Shown piece after piece: positions 24,047 to 37,867 of a DNA stretch of 64,000 nt. A program made the translations under genes and the position numbers. Source of the stretch: Macrostomum lignano. Lineage: Eukaryota. The stretch lies in the NCBI GenBank assembly GCA_002269645.1, contig NIVC01000839.1, forward strand, positions 248,001 through 312,000, in the 5' to 3' direction. The number at the start of each line of letters is the position of its first letter. Positions within the stretch are counted from its first letter, which is position 1. Below the pieces are notes generated by a model. The model saw only the letters and a program-made list of their open reading frames with translations, was not told the DNA's origin and ran no database searches.

Positions 24047-24504
24047 TATTGCTTTTGTCAGCCTAACTGAGAGTGGAGCCGTCCAAAGTGAGAGTCCTGC
24101 CTGCGCTGACTGCGAAGGGCCTGGCTGCGTGCAGCCTTAGTCTATGGGCCATAGACAATAAAGGACAAGCAAAGTGATAAAAAGCCATCCAATGTGAGAA
24201 TCGATTGGTCTATGCGTCATATTCTTTTATTTTTATACCTTCTGAGCTTCTGAGCCATATGAGTAGCCAATCCTAGCTTATACTTTATAGTCTATGGCTC
24301 ATAGACTAGGCTGGACGCAGCCAGGCCCTTCGTATTCAGCGTAGGCAGGATTCTCACATTGGATGGCTTTTTATCACTTTGCTTGTCCTTTATTGTCTAT
24401 GGCCCGTAGACTGGGGCTGCACGCGGCCGGGCCCTTCGCAGTCGGCGTGGACAGGATTCTCACTTTGGATGGCTTTGTTCTCAGTTGGGCTGACAAAACC
24501 AATA
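24047..24504. mobile_element. Foldback/MITE-like inverted repeat with internally duplicated arms
   Basis: tattgcttttgtcagcc... and ...ggctgacaaaaccaata. Arms of about 165 bp are reverse complementary. Confidence 0.75.
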
Positions 24505-25204
24505 CTACATGTTAATTAAGGGCACTACTCTGTTACGGTATCAACGCGACTGGCTTTACGCAAAAGTACACTATTGAGATATGAATTGTTCATTTATCCA
24601 GGGACAAAATGCTGCCGACTTTTTGTTTGAATCGTAGATAATAAAGTATGATTTTGTTGGCAGGGTTTTTTAAAGCACGAAACTCCCAATATCTCACCTG
24701 GACTTTTGAATTCCAATTGAAGCAAGTGTATATTTTTTTCGCGATGCGCTCACCAGTTGTAACCAAGCTACTCGTATTTTATTTCACAAAGTGCTACCGG
24801 AGACTTACAAACAAGCGAATTTGATTTCCTATCTTTTTAGTGTATTTTTTCTAGACCGAACATGTCTATGGCCAAACCCCATTCAGCGCTGTGCAAAAAA
24901 GCAGATATTTGCGAAATCCGTTTAAAAATTCAAATCTGTAATTCGAGCTTTGTCACTCTGAAGCAATACTTTTTAAATAAATTAAAGGTTCATCGACGAA
25001 TACTACACATGTTTATCCATGATTGCAAACAGCTTAAATGCATAATACATTTATGCATAATACATTATGCATAATACATTAAAAAAATACATTATTTTTT
25101 TAATAAAACTTATCTGTTGCTTGCCATTCGAGCTAGATAAATTTATAAAATACCTTGAAATGTATTTCATTTTTTTAAGTACAGGCTGGATTACTTGTGT
25201 GAAT

Positions 25205-25655
25205 GCAACTGAAACAGTTGTGTGAATTCTGATTAGACAGTTATTTGAATTCAGATTAGACAGTTATTTGAATTCAGATTAGACAGTTGTGTGAATGTAG
25301 ATTAAACGTTTCTGTGAATATGTAGATTAAACAGTTGTGTGAATTTAGATTAAACATTTCTGTGAATATGTAGATTAAACAGTTGTGTGAATTTAGATTA
25401 AACATTTCTGTGAATTTAGATTAAACAGTTGAGTGAATGTAGATTAAACAGTTGTGTGAATGTAGATTAAACATTTCTGTGAATATGTAGATTAAACATT
25501 TCTGTGAATATGTAGATTAAACAGTTCTGTGAATATTTAGATTAAACATTTCTGTGAATTCAGAATAAACTGTTGTGTAAATTTGGATTAAAAAGTTGTG
25601 TGAATTCAGAATAAACATTTGTGTGAATGCAGAATAGACAGTTGTGTGAATTCAG
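25205..25655. repeat. Degenerate ~21-23-bp tandem repeat (gattaaacagttgtgtgaattta) just upstream of SEH1L
   Basis: About 20 units. Confidence 0.85.
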
Positions 25656-25719
25656 ATAATCAAGACAGTTGCATATTATCATTCACACTTAATTCTTTGA
25701 AACTTTATGCAGCGTGAAG

Positions 25720-28700
25720 ATGTTCGTCGCAATGAAAAGCATCCCTGTGCAGCACCGTGATCTTATTCACGATGTCGCCTACGACAGCTATGGCAAACGT
25801 CTAGCCACGTGCAGCTCCGACCAGACTGTGAAGGTGTGGGACTTGGACTCAGACGGCGAATGGAAGCTTACTTGCTCTTGGCGAGCTCACAATGGTAGCA
25901 TCTGGCGCCTGGCTTGGGCCCATCCTGAGTTCGGTCAGATCCTCGCTACCTGCTCATTTGATAGGTTGGTGATTTTCTGTTTTTGGTGGGCGCAGGAAGT
26001 CATTTTATTGCACAAACACTACATATCGGAGAACGCTCTAACCAAGTTGGAAAACTACTCAAGCTCAAAGCTACTCAAGCTCAAATTTACTCAAGCTTGA
26101 AGCTACTCAAACTCAGCTCGAAGCTACTCAAACTCAAAACTGCTCAAGCTTGAAGCTACTCAAACTCAAAACTACTCAAGCTTGAAGCTACTCAAACTCA
26201 GAACTGCTCAAGCTTGAAGCTACTCAAACTCAAAACTACTCAAGCTTGAAGCTACTCAAACTCAAAATTGCTCAAGCTTGAAGCTACTCAAACTCAACTG
26301 CTCAAGCTCGAAGCTACTCAAACTCAAAACTGCTCAAGCTTAAAGCTACTCAAATTTACTCAAGCTCAAAGCTACTCAAGCTCGAAGCTACTCAAAGTCA
26401 AAACTACTCAAGCTCGAAGCTACTCAAAGTCAAAACTACTCAAGCTCGAAGCTACTCAAACTCAAAACTACTCAAGCTTGAAGCTACTCAAACTCAAAAT
26501 TGCTCAAGCTTGAAGCTACTCAAACTCAACTGCTCAAGCTCGAAGCTACTCAAACTCAAAACTGCTCAAGCTTAAAGCTACTCAAATTTACTCAAGCTCA
26601 AAGCTACTCAAGCTCGAAGCTACTCAAACTCAAAACTACTCAAGCTTGAAGCTACTCAAACTCAACACTACTCAAGCTCGAAGCTACTCTAACTCAAAAC
26701 TGCTCAAGCTTCAAGCTACTCAAACTCAAACTACTCAACCTCGAACTCTCATGGAAGGTCAAGATTTTATTTTATTTCGTCAAACTGACAGAATCCTCTC
26801 TAAGCAAAGATACATTTCGAGTATGACTATATGTTAGTGAACAATTGCAGATCCGTCTGCATCTGGGAGGAGGTCACCACAACGGCGCCCTCAGCTGGAG
26901 TCGGCGTGGCCAGCATCGGCATCGGAGGCGGCGGCAGCGGCGGCAGGCCTTTGACAACGACAACGTTTGAAAAGCGCGCCCACCTGGTCGAGAGCGCCCT
27001 GTCCGTGACCGGGATCCAGTTCGCGCCTAGGCACGTGGGCCTTCAGCTGGGCACCTGCAGCAACGATGGCTATTTGAGAATCTATCAGTTCAGCGATATC
27101 ATGCAGATTAGTCAGGTTTGTTAACTAGCCTCTGTTCTTGATTTGGGATTTGGGATTCTTTTTGGGGATTTGGGATTCTTGATTCTGGATTTGGGATTCT
27201 TGATCTAGCATCTGGGATTCTTGATTTGGGATCTGGGATTCTTGATTTAGCATCTGGGATTCTTGATTTAGCATCTGGGATTCTTGATTTAGCATCTGGG
27301 ATTCTTGATTTGGGATCTGGGATTCTTGATTTGGGATCTGGGATTCTTGATTTAGCATCTTCTTGGGATTCTTGATTTAGCATCTGGGATTCTTGATTTA
27401 GCATCTGGGATTCTTGATTTAGCATCTGGGATTCTTGATTTAGCATCTGGGATTCTTGATTTAGCATCTGGGATTCTTGATTTAGCATCTGGGATTCTTG
27501 ATTTGGGATCTGGGATTCTTGATTTAGCATCTGGGATTCTTGATTTAGCATCTGGGATTCTGATTCGGGATCTGAGATTCTTGATCTTGGATTTGGAATT
27601 CTTGATTTGGGATTCTTAATTCTGGATTCGGGATTCTTGATTTGGGATCTGTGATTTTTGATTTGGGATTTGGGATTCTTGATCTGGGATTCTTGATTTG
27701 GGATCTGGAATTCTTGTTTTGGGATTTGGGATTCTTGATTTGTGGTTTGGTATTCATGATTTGGGATCTAGGATTTTTCATCTAGGATTAGTGATTCATC
27801 ATTAGGAATCTGTTATCCTAATAATGGAATCATATGATATCATGATTTGGTATTTATTTACAATTCTAACCTTCAGGTGTCCCTCTACTGCGAGGCCATC
27901 CACACCAAGATGAAGAACTGCTCCTGCATCGCCTGGTCTCAGTCGCGCCTTCATCCGACTTTGATCGCAGCCGGCTGCTCAGACGCCGGAGCTACCGATG
28001 CCGCCTGCAAAGACAGCTTCCAGGTTTGTGGGCGCTTGGAAGTTCAGTGGTTTTTGCTGAAGTGCGAGGCATTATATCCCTTCTCTACCCGTGCCCTGAA
28101 GTGTCCTATCCCTTCTCTACCCATGCCCTGAAGTGTCCTATCCCTTCTCTACCCGTGCCCTGAAGTGCCCTATCCCTTCTCTACCCATGCCCTGAAGTGT
28201 CCTATCCCTTCTCTACCCATGCCCTGAAGTGTCCTATCCCTTCTCTATCCTCGCCCTGAAGTGTCCTATCCCTTCTCTACCCGTGCCCTGAAGTGTCCTA
28301 TCCCTTCTCTACCCATGCCCTGAAGTGTCCTATCCCTTCTCTACCCGTGCCCTGAAGTGTCCTATCCCTTCTCTACCCGTGCCCTGAAGTGTCCTATCCC
28401 TTCATCTACCCGTGCCCTGAAGTGTCCTATCCCTTCTCTACACTCTCCCTAAAGTGTCCTATCCCTTCTTTACGCTCGCCCTGAAGTGTCCTATCCCTTC
28501 TCTACCCGTGCCCTAAAGTGTCCTATCCCTTCATCTACCCTCGCCCTGAAGTGTCCTATCCCTTCTCTACCCTCGCCGTGAAGTGTCCTATCCCTTCATC
28601 TACCGGCGTCCTAAAGTGTCCTGCCAGCCTGAATTACCATACCCCTGAAAAGTTTTGTGTTCTCTATAATCCCTATTATACAATAACAATATAGAAGCAA

Positions 28701-29350
28701 GTTTCAGGTCTGCCAGTGGTTCAATAAATATCATAATTGTATTCATATTAACCCTACCGCAGGTATACGAACTTCAAGAAGACAGTCGGAAATTCGCCAA
28801 AGTAGAATCTGTCGTTCTGCCTAAGCCAGACACCGGGGTGAATGATTTACAGTTTGCTCCGAGTCTGGGCCGATCATTTCACCTGTTAGCCGTGGCCTCT
28901 CAGCAGATCAGTCTGTACAAGCTCCGGTTATCAACAGGTGGACAGCAACAACAGCAACAGTCAGGCGGGATGCTGCTTCAAGCTTCCCAATCTTCTTCAT
29001 CGCTAGACGTCGGCTCCAGCTCCGGTAGCACGGGCCGGTACGCTTTGAGCTGTATTCGAATTCTGGAGTATCAGCGCTGTCAGATGTCTGTCTGGCGGCT
29101 GAGCTGGAATGTACTTGGCACTGTGCTAGCTAGTTCGCTTGAAGATGGCACCGTCCGATTGTGGCAGGGCAATTATGCTGACCAGTGGAAGTGTCTGACT
29201 GTGATGACGCCTTCGGGTGATAGTCACACTGCTAGCTCTACCGATTTGAGTCAGCAACAACAGCAGCAGCAGATACCGGCTCAAACAACTGGAGTGCCTT
29301 TCGCTAAGATGGGCAGCATACAAGGCAGTCATCAGGTTGTTTGGAATTGA
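25720..29350 (+). CDS. SEH1L: Nucleoporin/GATOR2 subunit SEH1 (WD40), 4 exons (25720-25964, 26851-27115, 27877-28023, 28763-29350), about 414 aa
   Basis: MFVA...[11 protein letters not shown]...[64 protein letters not shown] and [16 protein letters not shown]...[16 protein letters not shown]. Intron phases 2, 0, 0 are consistent. Confidence 0.95.
26055..26745. repeat. 16/32-bp minisatellite (ctactcaagcttgaag/ctactcaaactcaaaa) in SEH1L intron 1
   Basis: Direct reading. Confidence 0.9.
27135..27775. repeat. 21-bp minisatellite (gggattcttgatttagcatct) in SEH1L intron 2
   Basis: Direct reading. The MLNQESQ ORFs are artefacts. Confidence 0.9.
28062..28622. repeat. 32-bp minisatellite (gccctgaagtgtcctatcccttctctacccgt) in SEH1L intron 3
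   Basis: About 17 units. Confidence 0.95.
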
Positions 29351-29469
29351 TTGGACTCTTTAATTAACTTTTTATTGTCCCGATGTTCAACGCTTCTATT
29401 CAATGTTTCTGCGCATCATGAAAGTCTTATGCTTCCTTACTTGTATGGAACATTCTTTTAACGATTTTA

Positions 29470-30480
29470 ATCCATCCCTAATCCATCCCTTGGCTCCTAA
29501 TCCACTCTCTTAGCTCCTAATCCACTCCCTTAGCTCCTAATCCATTCCAGTAGCTCCTAATCCATCCCTTGGCTCCTAATCCACTCCCTTAGCTTCTAAT
29601 CCACTCCCTTAGCTTCTAATCCATTCCATTAGCTCCTAATCCATTCTCTTAGCTGCTAATCAATTTACTTAGCTCCTAATCCATTCTCTTAGCTTCTAAT
29701 CCATTCACTTAGCTCCTAATCCACTCCCTTAGCTCCTAATCCATTCCATTAGCTCCTAATCCATCCCTTGGCTCCTAATCCACTCATTTGGCTCCTAATC
29801 CACTCTCTTAGCTCCTAATCCACTCCCTTAGCTCCCAATCCATCCCATTAGCTCCTAATCCATCCCTTGGCTCCTAATCCACTCCCTTAGCTTCTAATCC
29901 ACTCCCTTAGCTTCTAATCCATTACATTAGCTCCTAATCCATCCCTTAGCTCCTAATCCATTCCCTTAGCTCCTAATCCATCGTTTAGCTCTTAATCCAT
30001 TCCCTTAGCTCCTAATCCATTTCTTAGCTCCTAATCCATTCCTTATTCCTAATCCATCCCTTAGCTCCTAATCCATTCCCTTAGCTCCTAATCCATCCCT
30101 TAGCTTCTAATCCATTTCTTTAGCTCCTAATCCATTCCCTTAGCTCCTAATCCATTTCTTTAGCTCCTAATCCATTCCCTTAGCTTCTAATCCATTACAT
30201 TAGCTCCTAATCCATCCCTTAGCTCCTAATCCATTCCCTTAGCTCCTAATCCATCGTTTAGCTCTTAATCCATTCCCTTAGCTTCTAATCCATTTCTTTA
30301 GCTCCTAATCCATTCCTTATTCCTAATCCATCCCTTAGCTCCTAATCCATTTCTTTAGCTCCTAATCCATTCCCTTAGTTCCTAATCCATTCCTTTAGCT
30401 CCTAATCCATTCCCCTAGCTTCTAATCCATCCGTTAGCTGCTAATATTTTCCTTTAGCTCCTAATCCATTTTCTAATCCA
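29470..30480. repeat. ~20-bp minisatellite (tagctcctaatccattccct)
   Basis: About 50 degenerate units. Confidence 0.9.
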
Positions 30481-30894
30481 TCCCGAATGCATCCCCTAGC
30501 CCCAAGCCCAGTTGCAATGCTCATTGCTATTGGTAAACATGAAAGAAACCTTTTTAATTTACGCTTTACGTTTGCTCAAATTTCAGTATATGGGTCGTAT
30601 GATTGGTAAAAACTATGTAAATGTATTAGGTACGAGTATACAGGTGTGCTATAGGAATAAGCTCACATTTTCATATCTTAATAAATAATATTAGTCTAAT
30701 TTAATTAATTTGGTCAGATCGTGTATTCACGAAAATAAATAGTTTTTTTAAATATGCGGGCATGGAATTTAACAACGTAATTTTGTACTACAGGTCAAGT
30801 TTTCATAACTTCTGCTTCTTTAACAAGCAGGGAAATAGTAGATGGATATATATAGCTGGTGGATAGATATATAGACTAGACTAAATAGATAAAT

Positions 30895-32635
<1,741 letters not shown>

Positions 32636-32711
32636 ATTACAGGTGTACCCAATTTCAGTGTTTTAAGTGTAAATTACACTCACATCATCACCTTGATGCC
32701 CCAGCTCAGTA

Positions 32712-33402
32712 ATGCTCAATCGTGACTCAGCTCACAAGCCAGTTTCCGCGGCCGCTGCCGCTACCGGTAATTTAGAATTCGCCGCCGAATTGGCTAAGCA
32801 AAAGTCCGAGGTTCGAGCCTCGGTAGCCAGCGGTAGCGGTGTACAAACTTGCCGACCAATCAGAGAGCTCGGCGGTGTGCAATTCATTCCTGGCAGCAGG
32901 TGCGCCAACAAGAGGCCGCTAGATAAGATGTCGGAGGCTGAGCAGCCGGCCCGGCGCGACAAAGACTCTAACAATGATGATAACAGCTGCGATGACGAAG
33001 CGGCTAAACTTCGCGCATCCCGACTCAGCCTCATCGCCAAAGCTGCTCTTTACGAGAGTCTGGCCAGGCAGACAGCCGAAGGCGAAGCAGACGCTGAGGA
33101 AGATCGAGACGGCGAGATTGACGACGAAGCGCCGCTGGTCGATTTTGTTCGACAGAGGCAGTTGGAGCGATGGCGAGATTTAGACAAGTTGAATGCTGAG
33201 TCCAATACTACTCACTTCTCGCGAGTAGAGTATGACGAATCCAGGTAAGATGTGTTGTTTTTCGGTGAGCAAGTGTTACGATAATGATAGAAGGATAGGT
33301 TGATTGATCGATGCATGAATTGATTGATTGATGGATTAATTGATTTATTGATGGATTAATTGATTTATTGATGGATTGATTGATTTATTGATTGATTGAT
33401 TC

Positions 33403-33440
<38 letters not shown>

Positions 33441-34119
33441 GCATGGATTGATTGATTGATTGATTGATGGATTGATTGGTGGATAGATACATAGATAGAT
33501 AGATGGATTGATACCAGTAAAATGGCCTCTATGCATCAGGAAATAAGATAAGTACGCTCATATTATTCACTTTAATTTCGGGTCACACTGATACACTGAT
33601 TCTCCTACTATAAGTAGAAATACAAGCATTTTATTGTTGATTTCCCAAACCAGAGAGTACGGTGTCGGCCACTATCGATTCTCAGTTGACGCCGCGGAGC
33701 GAGCCGAGCAGCTGGCCGCGCTGAACAGGCGCACCGAGCAGACTGAACTGGCTAAGCGGCGCCGAGTCGAGGCGCTTGAGAAACGGCGCGACGCTGCCGC
33801 AGCCAGGCTCGAGCGCGTCAGACAACGGCGCGGCATCGCTGCGCCGGCGCCTTCGATGACGTCATCGTCAACTGACGCCGAGGAGGCGCCGCCAGCAATT
33901 CCCGAAGAAATTGTTGTTGTTGAGCAACAAATCGAACAAGGAATCAAAGAGATTCGACGACAGGTGGAAGCTGAAACTAAAGCCGAATCGGCGTTGTCAC
34001 CATGGCAACAACGACAACGACAGGTTCAGCCTCGTCAGCGCCTCCCTGTGGCCAGTTTCAGACCACCAGCGGCAGCAGCAATGGAAGATAGAAACCCTGA
34101 GTTTGCTCCTCCCTACTAA
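32712..34119 (+). CDS. CCDC174: CCDC174-like protein, 2 exons (32712-33244, 33654-34119)
   Basis: FAAELAKQKSEV, AKAALYESL, PLVDFV, HFSRVEYDESREYGVGHYRFS...ARLERVRQRR and EDRNPEFAPPY are collinear with CCDC174 as recalled. Phase-2 GT-AG intron. Confidence 0.8.
33300..33510. repeat. (GATT)n-type microsatellite in the CCDC174 intron
   Basis: Direct reading. Confidence 0.9.
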
Positions 34120-34641
34120 GTTCATGAATCATTTTTTTATGAAAAATAAATTCGAACTAAATAAAGTACATTTTTTCACATTGTTACCTGACATGCTTTG
34201 CTTGAAAACGACTTATACTTTATTTATTTAATTTTGCAGATGTTTACATTGTATACCAGCATGATACAAACTCTTTAGAGAGGTCACTGTTGTTTAAAAG
34301 AATGCATAAGGTGTTTGTTAGCCTAACGTTGAGGTCTTCACTCCCGTGTCGAAAGCCAACCCTGGCCGCTGTACACTGTGTGAGCATGTGTACTATTGGC
34401 GCGCTTGTATACGTTCAGGAGTCAGCTGAATAGGCAGAATTGCCGTCACCGCTGGATGTGGGAGAACGTCGCCGAATGCGTTGCGCCTGCGTGCCCGCAG
34501 CCCTCATACAGGAGAGCACTTAAAAAGCTTTAATGTTCTTTCCAAAAAAACTTGTCTAGTTTCTACCAACAGACGACGTGTAGTAATGTAATATTTCTTT
34601 TTTTCTTGTACACAGCTGTCTTTTCTCCCTATTTTTCAGAA

Positions 34642-36282
34642 ATGAGCCGCAGAAGCTCCAGCGACAGCTCGAGTTTGGAAGCGCCTCCCGCTACCCCAAC
34701 TCCTCTCTGCATCATCTGCGACCAAGCTGCAGTCGGTGTGGCTCCGTTCTCCCGCTGCCACATGTGCAGTCAACACCTCAGTGTCGATGTGGCCAATCTA
34801 TTCAAGCTCAAGGAAGAGGTCGAAGAGCTGCTGCTTGCCTACTCACAAGAGTCACAAGACTCACAAGAGTCACAAGACTCACAAGGCGCAGCAGGTGCAG
34901 CTAGCCGTGCAGCGCTGCTGCGACACCGACAAGACGCTGAGTCGCTGCGTCGTCTCGCTCTCGACATCCAACAGCAGCTGCAAGAGGTCAATCACAAATT
35001 CGATTTGGTACAGCAAAACATCGACTCGTTTCGTAGCAAGGTGACGGGCCAGCTCTCAGGTGTGCTTGAGGCAGTGCGTGTGTGCGAGCGGGACCTCGAG
35101 GACGTCTCCAGCTACAAGCAGGAGGTGGCCACGGCGGAGGCTGCAGGCGACATGGCGGAGCTGCTTCGCCTGGTCCAGTCCATGCACGAATCGCTTGGAG
35201 ACTTGGAGGCCGACTTTGAGAGGTCAGAGCGCCTGCTCAGAGAACAGAGCGACAATGAGGAGCTGCAGCTGCGGCTTCTGGGCCAGCTCGAGCGGCTGGT
35301 CGGCATTTGTGCGGGACGCAGCGAAGAGGTCGACTGGTCGAGAGACGTTGCGGTGACCGCGACATCGATAGCTGCTGAGAGAGAGAGAATGTTGGAGCCG
35401 ATGGTCTTCAGTCACGAGGTGAAGCTGGATGACCGTGTTGAATACCTGGCTGTGTGCAGCGACACCAGCGGATTCGTTTGTGACCGCTCAGGCCGTGTGG
35501 TTCCCGCGGACTCAGAGGGAGACGGCAGCGAGGCTCTGCCTCAGCCCTGCATCCTTGCATCATTCTATCACAGCAGAGACCACCTACTGGTGCTGTCTGT
35601 GGACGGCACACAGAAGCTGCGGTGCCACTGCGATATCGACTGGATGAAAGACATCCGTGGCCTTTACTGCGACCGTCAGCTGCTGTTCATTGCTCAGCGA
35701 GATGCCGTGGCAGTGACGGACCTGAGCGGTCGCGCGGTGCGTCGAGTCCGCCCACACATCGAGGGCTTCGCTGACATCAGGGGAATCGGAGGCAACGCAG
35801 CCTCCGTGTTTGTGTCCAGTGGAAACAAAATTGCTGCATTCAGCAAAGCGACTTGGGAGATCGAGACAGTCATCACGCTGTCTCAGCTTCCTGATGCTTA
35901 TTTGCGGAACCTGACGACTCACGACAACTGCATCCTGGTGACAGACAGAAGGCACCATCAGGTTCACAGAGTGCGCATCGACACCCAGCAGCTGGTCGCC
36001 TCCCTTCCAAGTGCCCGTTCTGATCTTTGTCAGCCATGGGACGTGGTAGTTGACAGGAGAGGCCGCCTGTTCGTAAGTGAGCACTATGCTCACTCAGTGC
36101 GAGCTTTGGCTGCAGACGACGGGTCGCTGCTGTGGACTCTGGGGACTCCGGGCAAGAGCGGCAGCGGAGACGGCAAACTTGGATATCCCTGTGGTCTGGC
36201 GGTGGTGACGGGAGGTCCGCACGAGCAGCTGGTGGTGGCTGACTGTGGCAGTCGTCTTGTATTTTTGAGCTTGTCAGATTAA
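34642..36282 (+). CDS. Intronless Zn-finger/coiled-coil/NHL-repeat protein, paralog 2, 546 aa
   Basis: ATG at 34642 follows a pyrimidine tract plus AG (likely a 5'UTR intron acceptor). CIICDQAAVGVAPFSRCHMCSQH, then coiled coil, then NHL blades (DVVVDRRGRLFVSEHYAHSV, GTPGKSGSGDGKLGYPCGLAV). Confidence 0.8.
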   Translation: MSRRSSSDSSSLEAPPATPTPLCIICDQAAVGVAPFSRCHMCSQHLSVDVANLFKLKEEVEELLLAYSQESQDSQESQDSQGAAGAASRAALLRHRQDAESLRRLALDIQQQLQEVNHKFDLVQQNIDSFRSKVTGQLSGVLEAVRVCERDLEDVSSYKQEVATAEAAGDMAELLRLVQSMHESLGDLEADFERSERLLREQSDNEELQLRLLGQLERLVGICAGRSEEVDWSRDVAVTATSIAAERERMLEPMVFSHEVKLDDRVEYLAVCSDTSGFVCDRSGRVVPADSEGDGSEALPQPCILASFYHSRDHLLVLSVDGTQKLRCHCDIDWMKDIRGLYCDRQLLFIAQRDAVAVTDLSGRAVRRVRPHIEGFADIRGIGGNAASVFVSSGNKIAAFSKATWEIETVITLSQLPDAYLRNLTTHDNCILVTDRRHHQVHRVRIDTQQLVASLPSARSDLCQPWDVVVDRRGRLFVSEHYAHSVRALAADDGSLLWTLGTPGKSGSGDGKLGYPCGLAVVTGGPHEQLVVADCGSRLVFLSLSD

Positions 36283-36614
36283 ATGATGCACGGGTTTATT
36301 AAGCAAATATTAAGGCAAATTCACTAGTCAGGACTGCATTAGCTGCTGTACAAACAGTAGGTCAAAATCTAAGCAAATCAAACAGCTTTTTTCCGTAAAC
36401 TTTTTGAAACTGTCTGCTGACACTTCAACTCAAGTGATTGAAAGAGCTTAACCATTTTCACCGCATTTTTACCTCTTGATATTCAAATATATTTTTCTGT
36501 AACATTAAACATACTGTTTGCTAATTAGAAGTACACATGGATTTTCACGAAGTAAGTATTCTTGTGACTTTATCTTTAGCATCGAGCCTGAGACTTCGAT
36601 GGCGACTTTCTATT

Positions 36615-37001
36615 TGTAGGGGTGTCGCAAGGGTTCTGTGTGCACCCTGGCGAACTTCAAGCGACATTGTCACACAACCGGCAAGAGGCATTGCTGCCCA
36701 TTCCGCCGACCCCCCTGAGCAGGCACACAAGCGCGCGGATACGTACGCAGTCATACGCACAGGCACACACTCACACAGGAGTGTACAGCGGCTCTAACTT
36801 TATTTATCGTTAGGCATGTACACTTCCCTTTGCCTTGTGGGTTGGCCCTTAAGGCCGTTAATTGCACGAGCAGAGCCAAGCCGAGATTCCAATTTAGCCA
36901 CAAATTAATGTGACTGCATCTGGAATCGAGGCCTGGGCCGCTGGCACATCAGAGCGCCGCGCGAGATCACTGGTTTGCAATGCGTATGGTTATGCGTAAC
37001 A
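36615..37001 (-). mobile_element. Possible solo-LTR-like repeat
   Basis: Minus strand reads TGTTACG...AATAAAG...CCCCTACA (TG...CA termini). A related motif, gccgctgtacactgtgtgag, occurs at about 34364. No TSD found. Confidence 0.3.
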
Positions 37002-37104
37002 CCAAACCAACGCAATTTGAAAGCTTGTTATTGTCGAGGTCGCACTAAGGCGCAGTGCTGATTGGCGCATAGGGGCTGTACAATAGCGCTTATAGATTAT
37101 GGAG

Positions 37105-37184
37105 AGAATCGTTGAATATCTCGTCGGTCCGGAGGGCTGGCGGTCGACTTAGTTCTTGTTTGAGAAGGTGGGCAACACAAAGTT
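37105..37184. mobile_element. Fragment of the same TIR family as the FAM8A1-intron MITE
   Basis: agaatcgttgaatatctcgtcggtccggagggctgg...gttcttgtttgagaaggtgggcaacacaaagtt is close to the reverse complement of 13738-13814. Confidence 0.65.
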
Positions 37185-37558
37185 TGAGAACTTGCAGCTG
37201 AAGTCAGTGAACGCTTACTTGTATCGGCTCTTCATCTCTCTCTTCTCTCTTCTTCCATCTCGTCTCTTTTTATTCCTCCTTTCCTCTCACAAATATCTGG
37301 TCCATAGCCACTATCTAGATTATTTATCTGGCCTTTCAGGTAAGCCTCTGGGGTAGAACTACACGAGATTTTTTATTAGTAAATTCAGGATGCAGTAAGT
37401 ACATTAAAATTGGTAGTTTTGTGCTTTTTCAACTAAGGGCAATCTTTAAGATCAAGTTACTTTTTGTAGCAGAGATCAACGCTTTGTCTGTAAAATCGCC
37501 CCTGAAATACAGACTATAGACTATAGACAATCGCTCGATAATATATTGATTATTATAT

Positions 37559-37867
37559 TGATGAGGACGCACTTTTTTCCAAACTTCACGCTCGCACATG
37601 GGCTCCAAACTTAAAACTCCAAGGTTTCAGTGGACCAATGGCAAGGCGGTTCTCAGTCGATCAATCTATCAAATCAGTGAGCAAAATTGTCAATAGTGCA
37701 AAATCGGCGCTAAAGATGTACTCTGTGCACTCTAGGTTTGCCAAGCGGCTCGGGTAATGAATCATGCGGTCTCCGATGTTCGAGTTAGCCTATCATCAGC
37801 GCTATGAGAGGCTAGTTGGCGCGTTGACGGCCAAAATTACAATTCCTCGTATTTAGCAATGTAATAG
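37559..37867 (+). mobile_element. Older solo LTR, left part (split by the younger LTR element)
   Basis: Starts TGATGAGG and is a diverged reverse complement of parts of the long LTRs. Left flank ATAT (37555-37558) matches right flank ATAT (54132-54135). Confidence 0.85.
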
